From assembly GCA_001179505.1 (NCBI GenBank), contig CDMY01000305.1, positions 186,028 to 250,000 of the forward strand: a stretch of 63,973 bases of DNA. Reading direction: 5' to 3'. The DNA is from Vitrella brassicaformis CCMP3155 (taxonomy: Eukaryota; Protista; Chromerida). The notes under the pieces are model-generated. The model was not told where the DNA came from and made no database searches. It saw only the letters and a program-made list of their open reading frames with translations. Both the position numbers and the translations under genes were made by a program. Below, in pieces: positions 36,024-49,575 of the stretch (its first letter is position 1; every line of letters begins with the position of its first letter).

Positions 36024-39000
36024 ATGGTGACTGGCTACGGTGGAGAGGACCAGCACGGACCATCAATGGAGGGCAGCAGCAGCACCAGTCCGGCTGCCAT
36101 TCGTGCAGAGAACGAGCGACTGCGTCAGGAGCTGGCCATGTGGCAGCAGCAGGCCTCGATCAACCAGCAGAGCAAGGTGACCGACCCAGGGCCTCACTCA
36201 CCCCTCATTCATCGACAGCAATGAAGATAATCATTCGGGAACGGCCTGGCCTGTCTGTCATGTGTGTGCATCGCGTGTGTGTAGGCGGAGATGAAGGAGC
36301 TGCGCGACCGGCTGGACAAGGAGCGGCACATTGCAAGCGTGCAGAAGTCTGCCTTGTTTGAGAAGCAGAGGGAGGTGGACGTGCTCAAGAACAAGATGAT
36401 CAGGCTGCAGAGGGAAATGACCGGCGAGAAGGGCGCAATGGCCAAAGTCACAACAGAGAACATGCTGCTGGTACACATGTGTACAACCAATACACAAGTT
36501 CCACGTCATCTTCTCTCTCCTTGCCTTGCGCCGCGCCCAGGAGAAGAAGCTCCTCGAAGCGGCCGGGAGCAAGCTGGCGGCCGAGATGCTCCGTGCCGTC
36601 AAGCAAAGTGCGGCTGCCGGCCCTCCTCCCACATCATCGACAGAGAAGGAGAGGTCTCCCGGCGGCAAGAAGGCGACGATGGCTGCAGAGGGGGGTGCGG
36701 GTGGCGGGAGTGGGGTGGTGAGGACCTTCGAGGAGTTTCTGCGGCGGAAGGACTTGTCGAGGGTGTCGTTGGCTGAGGGCGGGGTGGACGACTACTGCGT
36801 GTCGGTGCTCTGCAATCTGTTCAAGCAGTGAGCGCTGTGGGCCGGGCTGTGGGGATGGGGATGTTTTCGTGGCGTCTCTGTAGGTGTAAGACGCTGTCCG
36901 TGATCGATCTGTCCCGCAATGCCCTCACCAACACTGCTGCCAAAGGTATGTATGCGATGCACACGAGGGAGGGGAGATTCGTACGGGAATCCACCAACGA
37001 GGGCCTGGTGATCATATCAATGGATGTAGACCTCGCCCCCTTGTTGAGCTCTCTGCCCACCCTTTCCTACCTCTCCCTCGCCGCCAACAACATGTCTCCA
37101 GGAGCAGTCGGACCAATCGCCGTCGCACTCATGGAGGTAACACAGAGAGAGAGAGAGAGACATCGAACCATCCCGACCATTCAACCTCCTTCCCTCCCCT
37201 GGCTGTCTCGCTGGCTGTGTCTGCAGCGTCTGTCGTCCAAAGGTCAGAAGATGGCTGTCATCGAGATGATCGACATGCAGGGCCAGCGGCACCCCTCATG
37301 GCGGGGCAGCATCAGTGCCTCGGAGAAACAGAGAGAGGGCAGTGGTGAGGAGGCGGAGATCAGGGGGGCGGTGGGGGGGCTGCTCGATGCTGTGGGCAAG
37401 GAGGTGTGGGCCCACGTCGTCATGATGTGCAAAGTAAGATCGGGCTAGATGATGGGCAGAGAGGATGGCATGGCGAGATGTCGTGGTTGGGAGGGTTCAG
37501 GTGAGCAAGAACCTGTCATCGATGAGCATGTCGTCGAAGCTCGATCCCAAGAGAGTGGAGTTCCAACACATCAACCATGACGAACTCACCGTAAGACAGA
37601 CACCCATTGGCCGACCAGCCCACCCATTACACACCGCCCCTTTGTCTGTCGTCCATCAGGCCCTCCGTGAGGCGATGAGCAAGATCGTGCTTGCCGAGCT
37701 GCCCACGTCTGCTCCCGCAGACACAGAGGATGAGTCAGAGGGACCCCCATGCAGAGTGGTCACAGCCGACTGGGCCTGCCGCACCGACGCCGCTGCTGCC
37801 GGTGGTGCCACCGAGGGCAGGCTGCCTGAGATACAGCCAAAGTATTGAAGAGGGAAGAAGAGCAGACCAGGAGATGTGATGTGTGTGCGTGGCATGGGTG
37901 TGTCGTGTGCTGCCCATTAGGGTGGGGGCGGAAGCCCAGCCACAGAGGCCTCAGAAGGCGTCAGACGCACAGGTGAGAGACGTCGGATGGATAGGGTATC
38001 CATTGATGGCCCTGGTGGGTTCTGTGTGCAGGGTTACGGGACCACAGTGAGTCCGGCTCCCCAGGGCACGACAATGCAGCGCATGGCTCCCGGCACAAAG
38101 GAGAAGGCAAAGACATTCAGAATAAGGCAAATCGTCAACAAAGCCGGACATGTAGGCCAACAAAGAAGACAACAACGCACTCCACACACGCAGACGAGCG
38201 GAAACCTCCTCTCCACGCAGGTGAATCTTGCAGCTCTCGACAAGTCCATGGAGACTACTTCCATCGAGGCCCGCGACGTCGACACAGGCGAAACACTCCT
38301 CGAGTCCGCTTGCCGCACGGGCAACCTCGCCCTCGCCAAGCTGTGCTACCGTCGAGGCGCAGCACTGCAGCCCAGAGCCCCTTCTGTCAACGCGCCCTTC
38401 ACTGTGGCGGCCAAATACAGGTTGGCGGGGTGAGACGTGATGTGACGGTGGGGTGGCATTGTGTGTTGCACGTTGCAGGCACTATTCAATAATGGAGTTT
38501 CTGCATCACTATGGCGTCAAGGTGAACGCGCAGGACGGCGAAGGCAAGACGGCCCTACACGTGGCCACTTCCAACAACGACCTCGACGCCATCTGCAGGT
38601 CGGGGCGGGGAGTGGAGGGAGGGACAAGAGACACATACGATGGTAATGGTGCTTGGCGCAGGTTGATGGAGTGGGGGGCAGAGGTGAACGTGCGAGACAA
38701 GAGGAAGCGCACCCCTCTCCACTTCGCTGCCATTGCCGGCCATCCAGAGGTGTGCCGATCCATATCCCCCTCTCTCTTCTCTTTGTATTGTATTGGTGTC
38801 CCGCGCCTGTGTAAATGGATGCAGGCGGCACTGCTGCTGCTGGAGCTCGGTGCAGATCTGAACGCCAAGGACGAGAAGGAGTGCACTGCCGTGGCGCACG
38901 CAGAGGCACACGACCACTTCGCACTCATGGACAGGCACGTCTCTGTCAACACACACAATCATGCAGGCATCCGATTCCTACCCACCGATATCCAATTTGA

Positions 39001-39277
39001 CTGCAGATTGATCCAGCTGGGCGGCAAGGACCTGCGGCCCTACGCCCCAGGTGCCCCCCAGCACCAGCAGGGGATGTCTCACTCCCCTTCCCGCCCAGCT
39101 CTGGCCACAGCCACTACCAGCCAGAACCTGTCAGCCGGCCCGACGTCCAGCATGGGCAGTGCACCGCGTGTTGCCGAGCCCCTAGTGCTCAAGACGCTCG
39201 TGCCGGACAGGAGAAAGGGGGGGCAGCTGGGATCTTCTGCTTCCATGCCCAAACTGCTGCATAGACTGAGAATGTAA
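36024..39277 (+). CDS. Coiled-coil + RI-type LRR + ankyrin-repeat protein
   Basis: N-terminal heptads; LSVIDLSRNALT and LSYLSLAANNMS (LRR); GETLLESACRTG, GKTALHVATSNN and KRTPLHFAAIAGH (ankyrin). One gene is assumed from in-phase junctions. Confidence 0.72.
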
Positions 39278-39500
39278 TGTGAGCTTGTGTCGAGGGAGGG
39301 GAGGGGGATCTGGTGGCATTTGGTGAGTGCATTGTGGCGTGGAAGTGAGGCCATTGTACATATTCGTTTGCGGTGGGAACTTCGGATCTGCTGCGAAGTG
39401 TTGTCAACGGAAAGTCTCGAAAGAAAGATTTTGGGGGCAGCGGCTTTCCCTTCTGCCCACACTCACTGCGACACTGTCAGCCTCTCATTCTGCCCCTGCC

Positions 39501-41773
39501 ATGGTCTCCCGGAGCGTGAAAGTCTCGCTGGCTGTGTTCTCGTGCCTCGCTGCCATGTTGCTGTCGGGTCAGTAGTCGTCCGTTCCTTCCTATGCCGTCC
39601 ATGACCTTCGCTTATTCTGCATGTGTCTGTGCTGTCGGAAATAGGCATGATCTATGGGTGGGCGCCGATTCAACTGTTCCTCATCCAGGTGAGTCCATCG
39701 AAGCAATGCCCAGAGAAGAGAAAGCGGCCCATCCGAGTTCCATCCTGTGGCTGGCATTCAGGAACATCAGTACGAGGAGCTATGCGACCAGCACGAGAAG
39801 GCCCCCTGCCCTGCCCAGCTTCGGAAGCTCTCCAACATGTTGAGCCTTCACATTGCACTTTCAGACCACAAGCCCCACGCGCGTCTGCTCTCCTCAATTG
39901 TGTGCAGCTACACGGTCGGGTCGTTCGTTATCATCCTGATGGCGCTGCCTGGTGGGTTCTTCCTGGACCAAGTGGGCCCACAGGCGACCGTGGCGCTTTC
40001 TGCCATTCTGAATGTCATCGGCTTGGTGCTCTTCGGAGGTGAATTCATGGGCCTCGTTAAGGCTGGATATGGGCACAAGTGCATTTCTTGTCTTTGGTCG
40101 CTGTTTGTTTCCTGCACGCAGCCTCTGATTCCAAGACCTTTGACTACTTCGCCTTCTCGTACGCAGTTATGGCGGCTGCGGGCGCCTTGGCGATGTTTGC
40201 AGGATTCCCTGTGTCGTTTGTCCTGCCGGAGTATCAAACCCTCATTCTGAGTGGCGTCTCGTGCTGTTTTGACGGTGAGTGGCGCAGCAGCCATCCAGCC
40301 GATTCCTTGCTATGATATCCCTGTTCTGTCCATGGATGGCAGCGTCGTGCATTATCTTTCAGATCTTCTACACGCTGAATCAGTGGACGGGCGTCTCCCG
40401 AAAGGGCCTCTTCTGGGGCTACTCCGTGGTGGCCATCCTCGTCATGGGCCCTATCTTCTACTTCTGGTCACTCATCAAGGCCGAGGAACGAAGGCAGGCC
40501 GAGATGGAGGGCGGCAAGGACATCTACGTCAGCATGTCCGATGAGTCTACCCACATCGCCTCATCCGAGCTGGAACCTTCAGATATGCCCTTGGCCATGC
40601 CAGGTGCATCCGAAGTGATAGCCACGGGGCAGGGGCGGACGGCGGGCGAGGACACCGCCCCAGAGAAAGATGAGGAGGACCTGACCCACCTGAAGCTTAG
40701 CCGGCAGATGCAGTCGTTAGCCTTTGCGACCAACCTCGGCTTCACCATTGTCGGCATCCTCCGGGCCACCTTGTATATCGGTATCAACGGCATATTGCTG
40801 GGACTCTATGGCGACGCTGACACGGGATACGCTTACAACAACACCTTCGGCGGTCAGAAATCTCATTCATACTCTTTCTCAAATCAGCTCTTCTTTCTCT
40901 CGTGTATCACTTCCTCAGTCATCCTGCCTCTGGGGGTGCTGCTCGCCCCCATGATCTCCCGGACTGTGGACGCTGTGGGGATGTTGAACACCATGCAGGT
41001 ACGTTGGATGCTCATTCGCACGCACATCGATGCAAGCAGAGCAGAGCAGGTGAGTGCATGTCTCTGTGTCTCTGGCAGGCCACGAATCTGTTCTCTGTGG
41101 CGAACTTCGCTCTCGCGATGATACCCAATCTGCAGGCAGGCTCGGAGACGGAAACGCGACCACGTTTCTGGCGGGTCTGTTGCCTACAGGTCCAGGTCGT
41201 GAACTTCATCATCTTCGCCATGTTCCGCGCGTACCTCTACTCATGCATCGCAGCTTTCAACGCAAAGGTATTTCGCTTTCTTTCCCACCTGTGTGTGGAT
41301 CGCATAGATGGGTGTATGCAGACGTTTGGCGTCGAGACGATGGGTCGATTCATGGGTATGTGCAACAGCATCGGTGCGTTCGGGATTCTCCTGCAGCCCT
41401 TTATCATCGACGCCATCTTTGGCGTCTTCCACGGACGCCCAACCGTTATGTGCATCATATTTATTCTCATTGGACTCGCACTTACGGCCGCCATCGAACT
41501 ATACCGCAGGCACATCAGACGGTGGCCAGCTGCACCACAGAGAGAGAGAGAGAGGGAGAGACACACCTATGTGTCTGTGTTTCTGTGTTGTGTGTGGTGT
41601 TCATCAGTTCGTATGGCGCCATGCTGGGTGACACCCTCACGAGTGTGTCGTCCGTCGGCCTGAGGGAGTCTGTTGCCAGCCGCGAGTCGCGAAGAAGCTC
41701 CAAGGGCATTGTCTTCTCCGGTACATTGTATGCGACACACGCGCACGACGGCATAAGAGGGCCGGCCACTTGA
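39501..41773 (+). CDS. MFS transporter, SLC43/LAT3 (FMP42/ApiAT-related)-like
   Basis: About 12 hydrophobic segments. YGWAPIQ..LC..C..Q..L..YTVG in the TM1-TM2 loop and GFFLDQVGP are typical of SLC43-type MFS proteins. Confidence 0.8.
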
Positions 41774-43118
41774 GTGCACGTGTGGACTGTGCAGGTCGGT
41801 TCCCAAGCAGCTTCCGCACTCAGTCGTTCGACGACACCTTCGGCCCGCCCCCCACAGTGCGCACCAGGGCGGACTGAATGACTTCATTGTTTGTATGCTG
41901 CTGCATGGGTGGATGCGCGCAGACAGCCAGAGGGAAAGGGGGGAGGGGGGGAGGTCAGGTGGGCTGCCAAACGAAGCTGTTAGTCTTCTTACATGGTGGG
42001 TGGATGGATGGATGGATGGATGGGACAACCTTCAGCTGAGAGACATGGCGTCAAGGAGACAGAGAGACACGCACTTGTACATTTCTGGTAGTGAGATGCG
42101 CACGGTGGGAGGAGAGGTGGATGCGTGATGGGGGGGGGGGGGNNNNNNNNNNNNNNNNNNNNNNNNNNNNNNNNNNNNNNNNNNNNNNNNNNNNNNNNNN
42201 NNNNNNNNNNNNNNNNNNNNNNNNNNNNNNNNNNNNNNNNNNNNNNNNNNNNNNNNNNNNNNNNNNNNNNNNNNNNNNNNNNNNNNNNNNNNNNNNNNNN
42301 NNNNNNNNNNNNNNNNNNNNNNNNNNNNNNNNNNNNNNNNNNNNNNNNNNNNNNNNNNNNNNNNNNNNNNNNNNNNNNNNNNNNNNNNNNNNNNNNNNNN
42401 NNNNNNNNNNNNNNNNNNNNNNNNNNNNNNNNNNNNNNNNNNGGGCGGGGATTTTTCTCTCTTGGGGCTGGCTCATGGGTGTGTGACACTCTTCACCAAA
42501 CTTCGACGACAAAACAGTCCTCGGTGTTGTTTATGCCTTACATATTTGTTCTACTCACAGGTCTGTCTCCACAGCCGTGAATGCACTCACGTCTCCACAG
42601 CGTACAAGATGGCCATATAGTACATCCATCACACAGTCAGTCTGCAACACTTCAAAAACCAGACAGACAGACAGACGCAAAAGAAAGGCGAAAACCAGGT
42701 AGGTGCGCAGATCGATCGTCAGAGCTTCAATAAAGCGGCACTCACGCAGACACGCAAATACAGCCACGCGGCTGCAGCTATGCACAATACGCACACACAC
42801 ACACACACACACACACAGAGGGAATGGAGCCTTCCTATGTGTAGCAGTATGTAGTAGAGGACGTACGGACTTGCGCGCATGAGCATCCCTTCGTCACTCG
42901 GTGGGTGGCGGAAATGACCCCCCCCAAAAAACATCACGAAAGACAAAGGAATGGACGGATAAGTATTAATGCCAGACAGACAGACAGACAGACAGGGGAG
43001 GGCAGTCTGACGCCCACACCACATGGCCCGTCCATATACACATACACACAAATAGATATACATACACACAGCACACACAGCACACACAGCACACACACAC
43101 ACACACACACACGCTCTG

Positions 43119-46100
43119 TCAGGACCGCTTCCCCCCTCTCCGCCCTCCTCTGGCCGTGCTCAACAGCTGTGGAAGAGGCAGACACGCAATGCACGAAGAA
43201 GTAGACGGACGGTCCTCTTGCTCATCGGACGCCAGCTCCGCCCCCACAGCCTCTACAGCAGCATCGTCATCGGCCGCACCCTCCTTGACAGCACCGCTCT
43301 CGACAGCCGGCTGCTTCGACTGCACCGACTGCTCCACTGGACGCTCGACCGCCGACACATACTGCTCTATGGCACGGTCCAGATCCCCTGTTGCTGAAGC
43401 GATGTCACCACCACCGGCCCTGATACGAGAGAACGGGAAGGGCAGAGAGCATGCACACGCAGTGGTTGGGGTAGGAGGTAGGCAGGCAGGCAGGCCCACC
43501 GGGCCACTAAGCGCTGCTCGACGGGGAGCAGTTCGGCAAGGGCAGGAGGCTCCGCGTCCGTTGTTGGTCGGACGAGCACACCATACACCACATTCTTGCC
43601 GCACTGCTTCGACTTCCACTCCAAAACCTATCGATGGATAGATGGACGGATGGATGGATCAGTCAATCAATCAAGGAGAGGAGTGCTGTCTGTCTGTCTG
43701 TCTGTCAGTCTGTGTGTTTGTGTGTGTGTGTGTGTGTTTGTGTTTGTGTGGACCGACAGTCCAGTCGGGCGGCCAGTTGGACCGGTTGTGGACGGTTCTC
43801 GCGTGCACCGAGTCCTTGGCTGAGGAGGAGGGCCAGGAGCAAACACCAACAGACAGCGGCGTGACCAGGCTGACTGACCAGGCGGCTGCAGGTATCCGCT
43901 CTCTCATCTCATCTCATCTCATGTCACCTCTGCTGGCGACAGTCGGAAATTGTTGAGCGGAATCGTTGACCATATAGGCCTCCGGGTCGATGCGCACCTG
44001 CAGCACCACGTAACACCACCGGCCACGATCAACCTAGGGAGGGAGGGATGCACACGCAAACGAACCAGCAGACATCACATCGAGTACCGACTTGACTGAC
44101 TCGGGGGATGGATGGGAATTGTCCGTCCGTCCGTCCACTCACGATGAGTGCCTCGGAGTATGCTTTTGCGTAGTCGAGGGATGGGGTGCAGAAGGTGAAG
44201 AACTGCCCGGGGATGTGGCCCGGCAAAATGCGGATCTGGATGTTGTCGGGGATCTTGAGCAGCCGGTCCTTCACGATGACCGGCACCGTCCTGCGCCGGG
44301 TGCCGTGGTAGGCAGGTAANNNNNNNNNNNNNNNNNNNNNNNNNNNNNNNNNNNNNNNNNNNNNNNNNNNNNNNNNNNNNNNNNNNNNNNNNNNNNNNNN
44401 NNNNNNNNNNNNNNNNNNNNNNNNNNNNNNNNNNNNNNNNNNNNNNNNNNNNNNNNNNNNNNNNNNNNNNNNNNNNNNNNNNNNNNNNNNNNNNNNNNNN
44501 NNNNNNNNNNNNNNNNNNNNNNNNNNNNNNNNNNNNNNNNNNNNNNNNNNNNNNNNNNNNNNNNNNNNNNNNNNNNNNNNNNNNNNNNNNNNNNNNNNNN
44601 NNNNNNNNNNNNNNNNNNNTGAGGAGGAGGGCCAGGAGCAAACACCAACAGACAGCGGCGTGACCAGGCTGACTGACCAGGCGGCTGCAGGTATCCGCTC
44701 TCTCATCTCATCTCATCTCATGTCACCTCTGCTGGCGACAGTCGGAAATTGTTGAGCGGAATCGTTGACCATATAGGCCTCCGGGTCGATGCGCACCTGC
44801 AGCACCACGTAACACCACCGGCCACGATCAACCTAGGGAGGGAGGGATGCACACGCAAACGAACCAGCAGACATCACATCGAGTACCGACTTGACTGACT
44901 CGGGGGATGGATGGGAATTGTCCGTCCGTCCGTCCACTCACGATGAGTGCCTCGGAGTATGCTTTTGCGTAGTCGAGGGATGGGGTGCAGAAGGTGAAGA
45001 ACTGCCCGGGGATGTGGCCCGGCAAAATGCGGATCTGGATGTTGTCGGGGATCTTGAGCAGCCGGTCCTTCACGATGACCGGCACCGTCCTGCGCCGGGT
45101 GCCGTGGTAGGCAGGTAACCTACACACAACCAACCAAAAGCAGCCAAAAGAACCGAACGATCCATCCATCCATCCACCGATGTATCGGTGGTCAGTGAGT
45201 ACCATTCCTCTGACATTTCCTTCTCATCGGGCTGCAGCTTGATGCCGACCCGGTACCAGCCTACCGGCGGCATGTAGCACACCGACGATGGGCCTCTGAC
45301 GACGGACGGACGGATGGGACGGGCGAACCACACACACACAAAAACAAACACATCCATACAGAAGAACAGACAGAGCGCGTGTGTGTGTGTTTGTCTGTGT
45401 GGCTGAGTGGTTCCTCCCTCCCTCCCTCTGGATTGCCTGCCTCGCGTAATATTGGTTGGCAGGCTCCGTGTAGCACTTGGGGCAGAAGCACTTGTCGTAT
45501 CTGCAGATTTATCAAGGAAGCAGCGCACTCATTGCAAACACACATTCACTCATCGATCTCCATCCACTGTGAGAGCAGTGAGCCGCCCACCTCTCGTCGA
45601 GCAACTCAGGGGAAACACCGAGCTGCCGCATCGCCTTGAAGCAAACACACACACACACAGACAGCCACGCACCCTCCCGCCCCACCAGTGTGTGTGTGTG
45701 CAGATACTCGACAGCCACGCACCCTCCCGCCCCACCAATGCGTGTGGGTGCAGATACTCGACAGCCACGCACCCTCCCGCCCCACCTGTGTGTGTGGGTG
45801 CAGATACTCGACAGCCACGCACCCTCCCGCCCCACCAATGCGTGTGGGTGCAGATACTCGACAGCCACGCACCCTCCCGCCCGCACCCTCCCGCCCCACC
45901 AGTGTGTGTGTGTGCAGATACTCGACAGCCACGCACCCTCCCGCCCCACCAGTGTGTGTGTGTGTGCAGATACTCGACAGCCACGCACCCTCCATGTGTG
46001 TGACCGGCAAGCGTCACACCCACCACCAGCAGGCCAGAAAAAGACCGGCAAGCATCACAGCCACCACCAGCAGGCCAGAAAAAGACCGGCAAGCGTCACA

Positions 46101-46378
46101 GCCACCACCAGCAGGCCAGAAAAAGACCGGCAAGCGTCACACCCACCACCAGCAGGCCAGAAAAAGACCGGCAAGCATCACAGCAACCACCAGCAGGCCA
46201 GAAAAAGACCGGCAAGCGTCACAGCTACCACCAGCAGGCCAGAAAAAGACCGGCAAGCGTCACAGCTACCACCAGCAGGCCAGAAAAAGACCGGCAAGCG
46301 TCACACCCACCACCAGCAGGCCAGAAAAAGACCGGCAAGCATCACGACGGTCTTCCTGGCGCCTGACAAAGGCTCCAT
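43119..46378 (-). CDS. Stand-alone NEURL4-type ADP-ribosyltransferase (PARP-like) domain protein, copy 1
   Basis: Spliced product: (MEPLSGARKTV)AMRQLGVSPELLDERYDKCFCPKCY..YYARGPSSVCYMPPVGWYRVGIKL..WLPAYHGT..FCTPSLDYAKAY..YVVLQVRIDPEAY..LEWKSKQCGKNVVYGVLVRP plus an acidic tail. One junction before LEW is ambiguous. Confidence 0.72.
45660..45993. repeat. Intronic minisatellite, about 50-bp unit x about 7
   Basis: Core gcagatactcgacagccacgcaccctcccgccccacc plus a variable (tg)n-type spacer. Confidence 0.9.
46003..46345. repeat. Intronic minisatellite, 41-bp unit x 8.4
   Basis: accggcaagc(g/a)tcaca(g/c)c(c/a/t)accaccagcaggccagaaaaag starts at 46003, 46044, 46085, 46126, 46167, 46208, 46249, 46290 and 46331. 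Confidence 0.95.
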
Positions 46379-48250
46379 TCTGCACACACACGCACAGACA
46401 CACAGAGCCTCTTGCAGTTACTGCCTGGGATGAATCCCTCCCTCCCTCCCTCTGTGTCTGTCTGTGTGTCCGTCCGGTTGTCGCCAACCAACTGAGTGCA
46501 TTCCTTTCGCTCACGCTGCTGGAGAGGGAGGGAGGGAGAGGAGCGCTTGGCCTGCCTGCGTGAAGTCCTCCCAAACGCCCTACTGACTGACTGAATGGCA
46601 GCAATTAGGCAGCCAGCGTAGCCTGCACACATACGCACACATACGCACACAAACATCGAAGGGTTCAGTAGCGCCTGAGTTAATTGTGTGTGTGGCTGTC
46701 AGTTGAAATGGAAAGGGGAGCTCGGTATATATAAGCTCGCATCGATCGTCGATCGGTTTCCTTTGGGGTTTTTCCCATTGCAGGGGTGTAAAGGGGCGAC
46801 TGGCGTGCTCAGCTACACCCTACTGATGCGTGGGATATACGACTGTGACAAATTGGCGTGTGTGACAGCAGTGGGAGACGCTGAATGTGCGCATTCAGAG
46901 AGAGGACGGGCCGCCCGTCTGTGTGTGCACACCCACTTTATTTGCCCCTGCACAAAGGCGACACGTGTCGGCCGGCCGCTGACCGTCCTGTTGATGTGCG
47001 AAACAGCCCCGTGTGTGCAATCGACGCTGAGTAACACATGGGCAAGTGTGTCGGTCAGGCGCACACAGACGCACGCACAGGTGAATGACCATTAAGGCTG
47101 ACCACAGACAGCGTCACTGTAGATGCCCGTGTCAGGCATGCTCTTGCCGTAATTCTCACGCCCCAGTCGCCCCCCTCCGCCCTCTCACCGCTGAGGCCGA
47201 TATGGGTGAGTGTTTGTGGTGACAACAACCTGGGTGTGGACGCATCGACAAGGGCACTCCAGCCAGTTGATTAGACCTTTCCCTATACCTTTGTCCTACC
47301 AGGAATATTTCCGGTCGTTGTTGGACCAATACCCACCTCCACTCCTCAGGCCTCCACTCACCCATCTCGGCAAACACCAGACACCCACACACAATCCGCC
47401 AACAAAAAGACCGGCACGCCTCTACAAAAGACCGGCACGCCTGTTACCTTGTCAGGCACTCACCGGCCGTCATTTTGCTGCCCCAAACACCCACACACGG
47501 CCACTCCACGCTGAGAAACACATGGGCAAGTGTGTGGGCAATTTCGTGAATCCACGTGTGCCCGCCTGCAAGCCCTCATCGCTCTCGTCGTCGAGGCGCT
47601 CGAGGAGAAGGGAGTCATTGTAGACCCCTGCAATGTCGGAATGATGACACTCTGCACCAAACTTCGACGACAAAACAGTCCTCGGTGTTGTTTATGCCTT
47701 ATATATTTCTTCTACTCACAGGTCTGTCTCCACAGCCGTGAATGCACTCACGTCTCCACAGCATACAAGATGGCCATATAGTACATCCATCACACAGTCA
47801 GTCTGCAACACTTCAATAACCAGACAGACAGACAGACGCAAAAGAAAGGCGAAAACCAGGTAGGTGCGCGGATCGATCGTCAGAGCTTCAATAAAGCGGC
47901 ACTCACGCAGACACGCAAACACAGCCACGCGGCTGCAGCTATGCACAATACACACACACACACAGAGGGAATGGAGCCTTCCTATGTGTAGCAGTATGTA
48001 GTAGAGGACGTACGGACTTGCGCGCATGAGCATCCCTTCGTCACTCGGTGGGTGGCGGAAATGACCCAAAAAAAAAGTCACGAAAGACAAAGGAATGGAC
48101 GGATAAGTATTAATGCCAGCCAGCCAGCCAGACAGACAGACAGACAGGGGAGGGCAGTCTGACGCCCACACCACATGGCCCGTCCATATACACATACACA
48201 CAAATAGATATACACACACACAGCACACACACACACACACACACACACAG

Positions 48251-49275
48251 TCAGGACCGCTTCCCCCCTCTCCGCCCTCCTCTGGCCGTGCTCAACAGCT
48301 GTGGAAGAGGCAGACACGCAATGCACGAAGAAGTAGATGGATGCTCCCCTTGCTCATCGGACGCCAGCTCCGCCCCCACAGCCTCTACAGCAGCATCGTC
48401 ATCCGCCGCACCCTCCTTGACAGCACCGCTCTCGACAGCCGGCTGCTTCGACTGCACCGACTGCTCCACTGGACGCTCGACCGCCGACACATACTGCTCT
48501 ATGGCATGGTCCAGATTCCCATCGAGCTCTGCCGCCTCTCCTGTTGCTGAAGCGATGTCACCACCACCGGCCCTGAAACGAGATAAAGGGAAGGACAGAG
48601 AGCATGCACACGCAGTTGTTTGGGTAGGAGGTAGGCAGGCAGGCCCACCGGGCCACTAAGCGCTGCTCGACGGGGAGCAGTTCGGCAAGGGCAGGAGGCT
48701 CCGCGTCCGTTGTTGGTCGGACGAGCACACCATACACCACATTCTTGCCGCACTGCTTCGACTTCCACTCCAAAACCTATCGATGGATAGATGGACGGAT
48801 GGATGGATCAGTCAATCAATCAAGGAGAGGAGTGCTGTCTGTCTGTCTGTCTGTCAGTCTGTGTGTTTGTGTGTGTGTGTGTGTGTTTGTGTTTGTGTGG
48901 ACCGACAGTCCAGTCGGGCGGCCAGTTGGACCGGTTGTGGACGGTTCTCGCGTGCACCGAGTCCTTGGCTGAGGAGGAGGGCCAGGAGCAAACACCAACA
49001 GACAGCGGCGTGACCAGGCTGACTGACCAGGCGGCTGCAGGTATCCGCTCTCTCATCTCATCTCATCTCATGTCACCTCTGCTGGCGACAGTCGGAAATT
49101 GTTGAGCGGAATCGTTGACCATATAGGCCTCCGGGTCGATGCGCACCTGCAGCACCACGTAACACCACCGGCCACGATCAACCTAGGGAGGGAGGGATGC
49201 ACACGCAAACGAACCAGCAGACATCACATCGAGTACCGACTTGACTGACTCGGGGGATGGATGGGAATTGTCCGT
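48251..49275 (-). CDS. NEURL4-type ART-like gene, copy 2 (3' half; rest in gap)
   Basis: Same exons as copy 1 (VDRGRWCYVVLQVRIDPEAY; LEWKSKQCGKNVVYGVLVR; acidic tail), with a 7-aa insertion relative to copy 1. Confidence 0.65.
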
Positions 49276-49575
49276 NNNNNNNNNNNNNNNNNNNNNNNNN
49301 NNNNNNNNNNNNNNNNNNNNNNNNNNNNNNNNNNNNNNNNNNNNNNNNNNNNNNNNNNNNNNNNNNNNNNNNNNNNNNNNNNNNNNNNNNNNNNNNNNNN
49401 NNNNNNNNNNNNNNNNNNNNNNNNNNNNNNNNNNNNNNNNNNNNNNNNNNNNNNNNNNNNNNNNNNNNNNNNNNNNNNNNNNNNNNNNNNNNNNNNNNNN
49501 NNNNNNNNNNNNNNNNNNNNNNNNNNNNNNNNNNNNNNNNNNNNNNNNNNNNNNNNNNNNNNNNNNNNNNNNNNN

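Noticed and set aside
19574-41773. Amino-acid metabolism cluster (CAT transporter, DUF1338, SLC43-like)
   Set aside because: The genes are spread over 22 kb among unrelated genes, which chance can explain.
1700-42460. G/C homopolymers beside four gaps as functional G-quadruplex elements
   Set aside because: Their true length and sequence are unknown, and they are adequately explained as sequencing drop-out sites.
43820-45119. 500-bp internal duplication in ART copy 1
   Set aside because: The two copies look identical by eye and sit exactly either side of a 300-N gap, so this is most likely an unmerged contig overlap.
46003-46345. 41-bp periodic array as a CRISPR
   Set aside because: Units are contiguous with only point variation and no unique spacers; the context is a eukaryotic intron and no cas genes are present.
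45512-46563. Long repetitive ORFs in several frames
   Set aside because: They result from stop-free minisatellite units.
46660-47640. Spacer with TATATAAG (about 46725) and a 7-bp stem (46784-46820) as an LTR or ncRNA
   Set aside because: There is no second LTR, PBS/PPT or recognisable RNA fold; the evidence is too weak.
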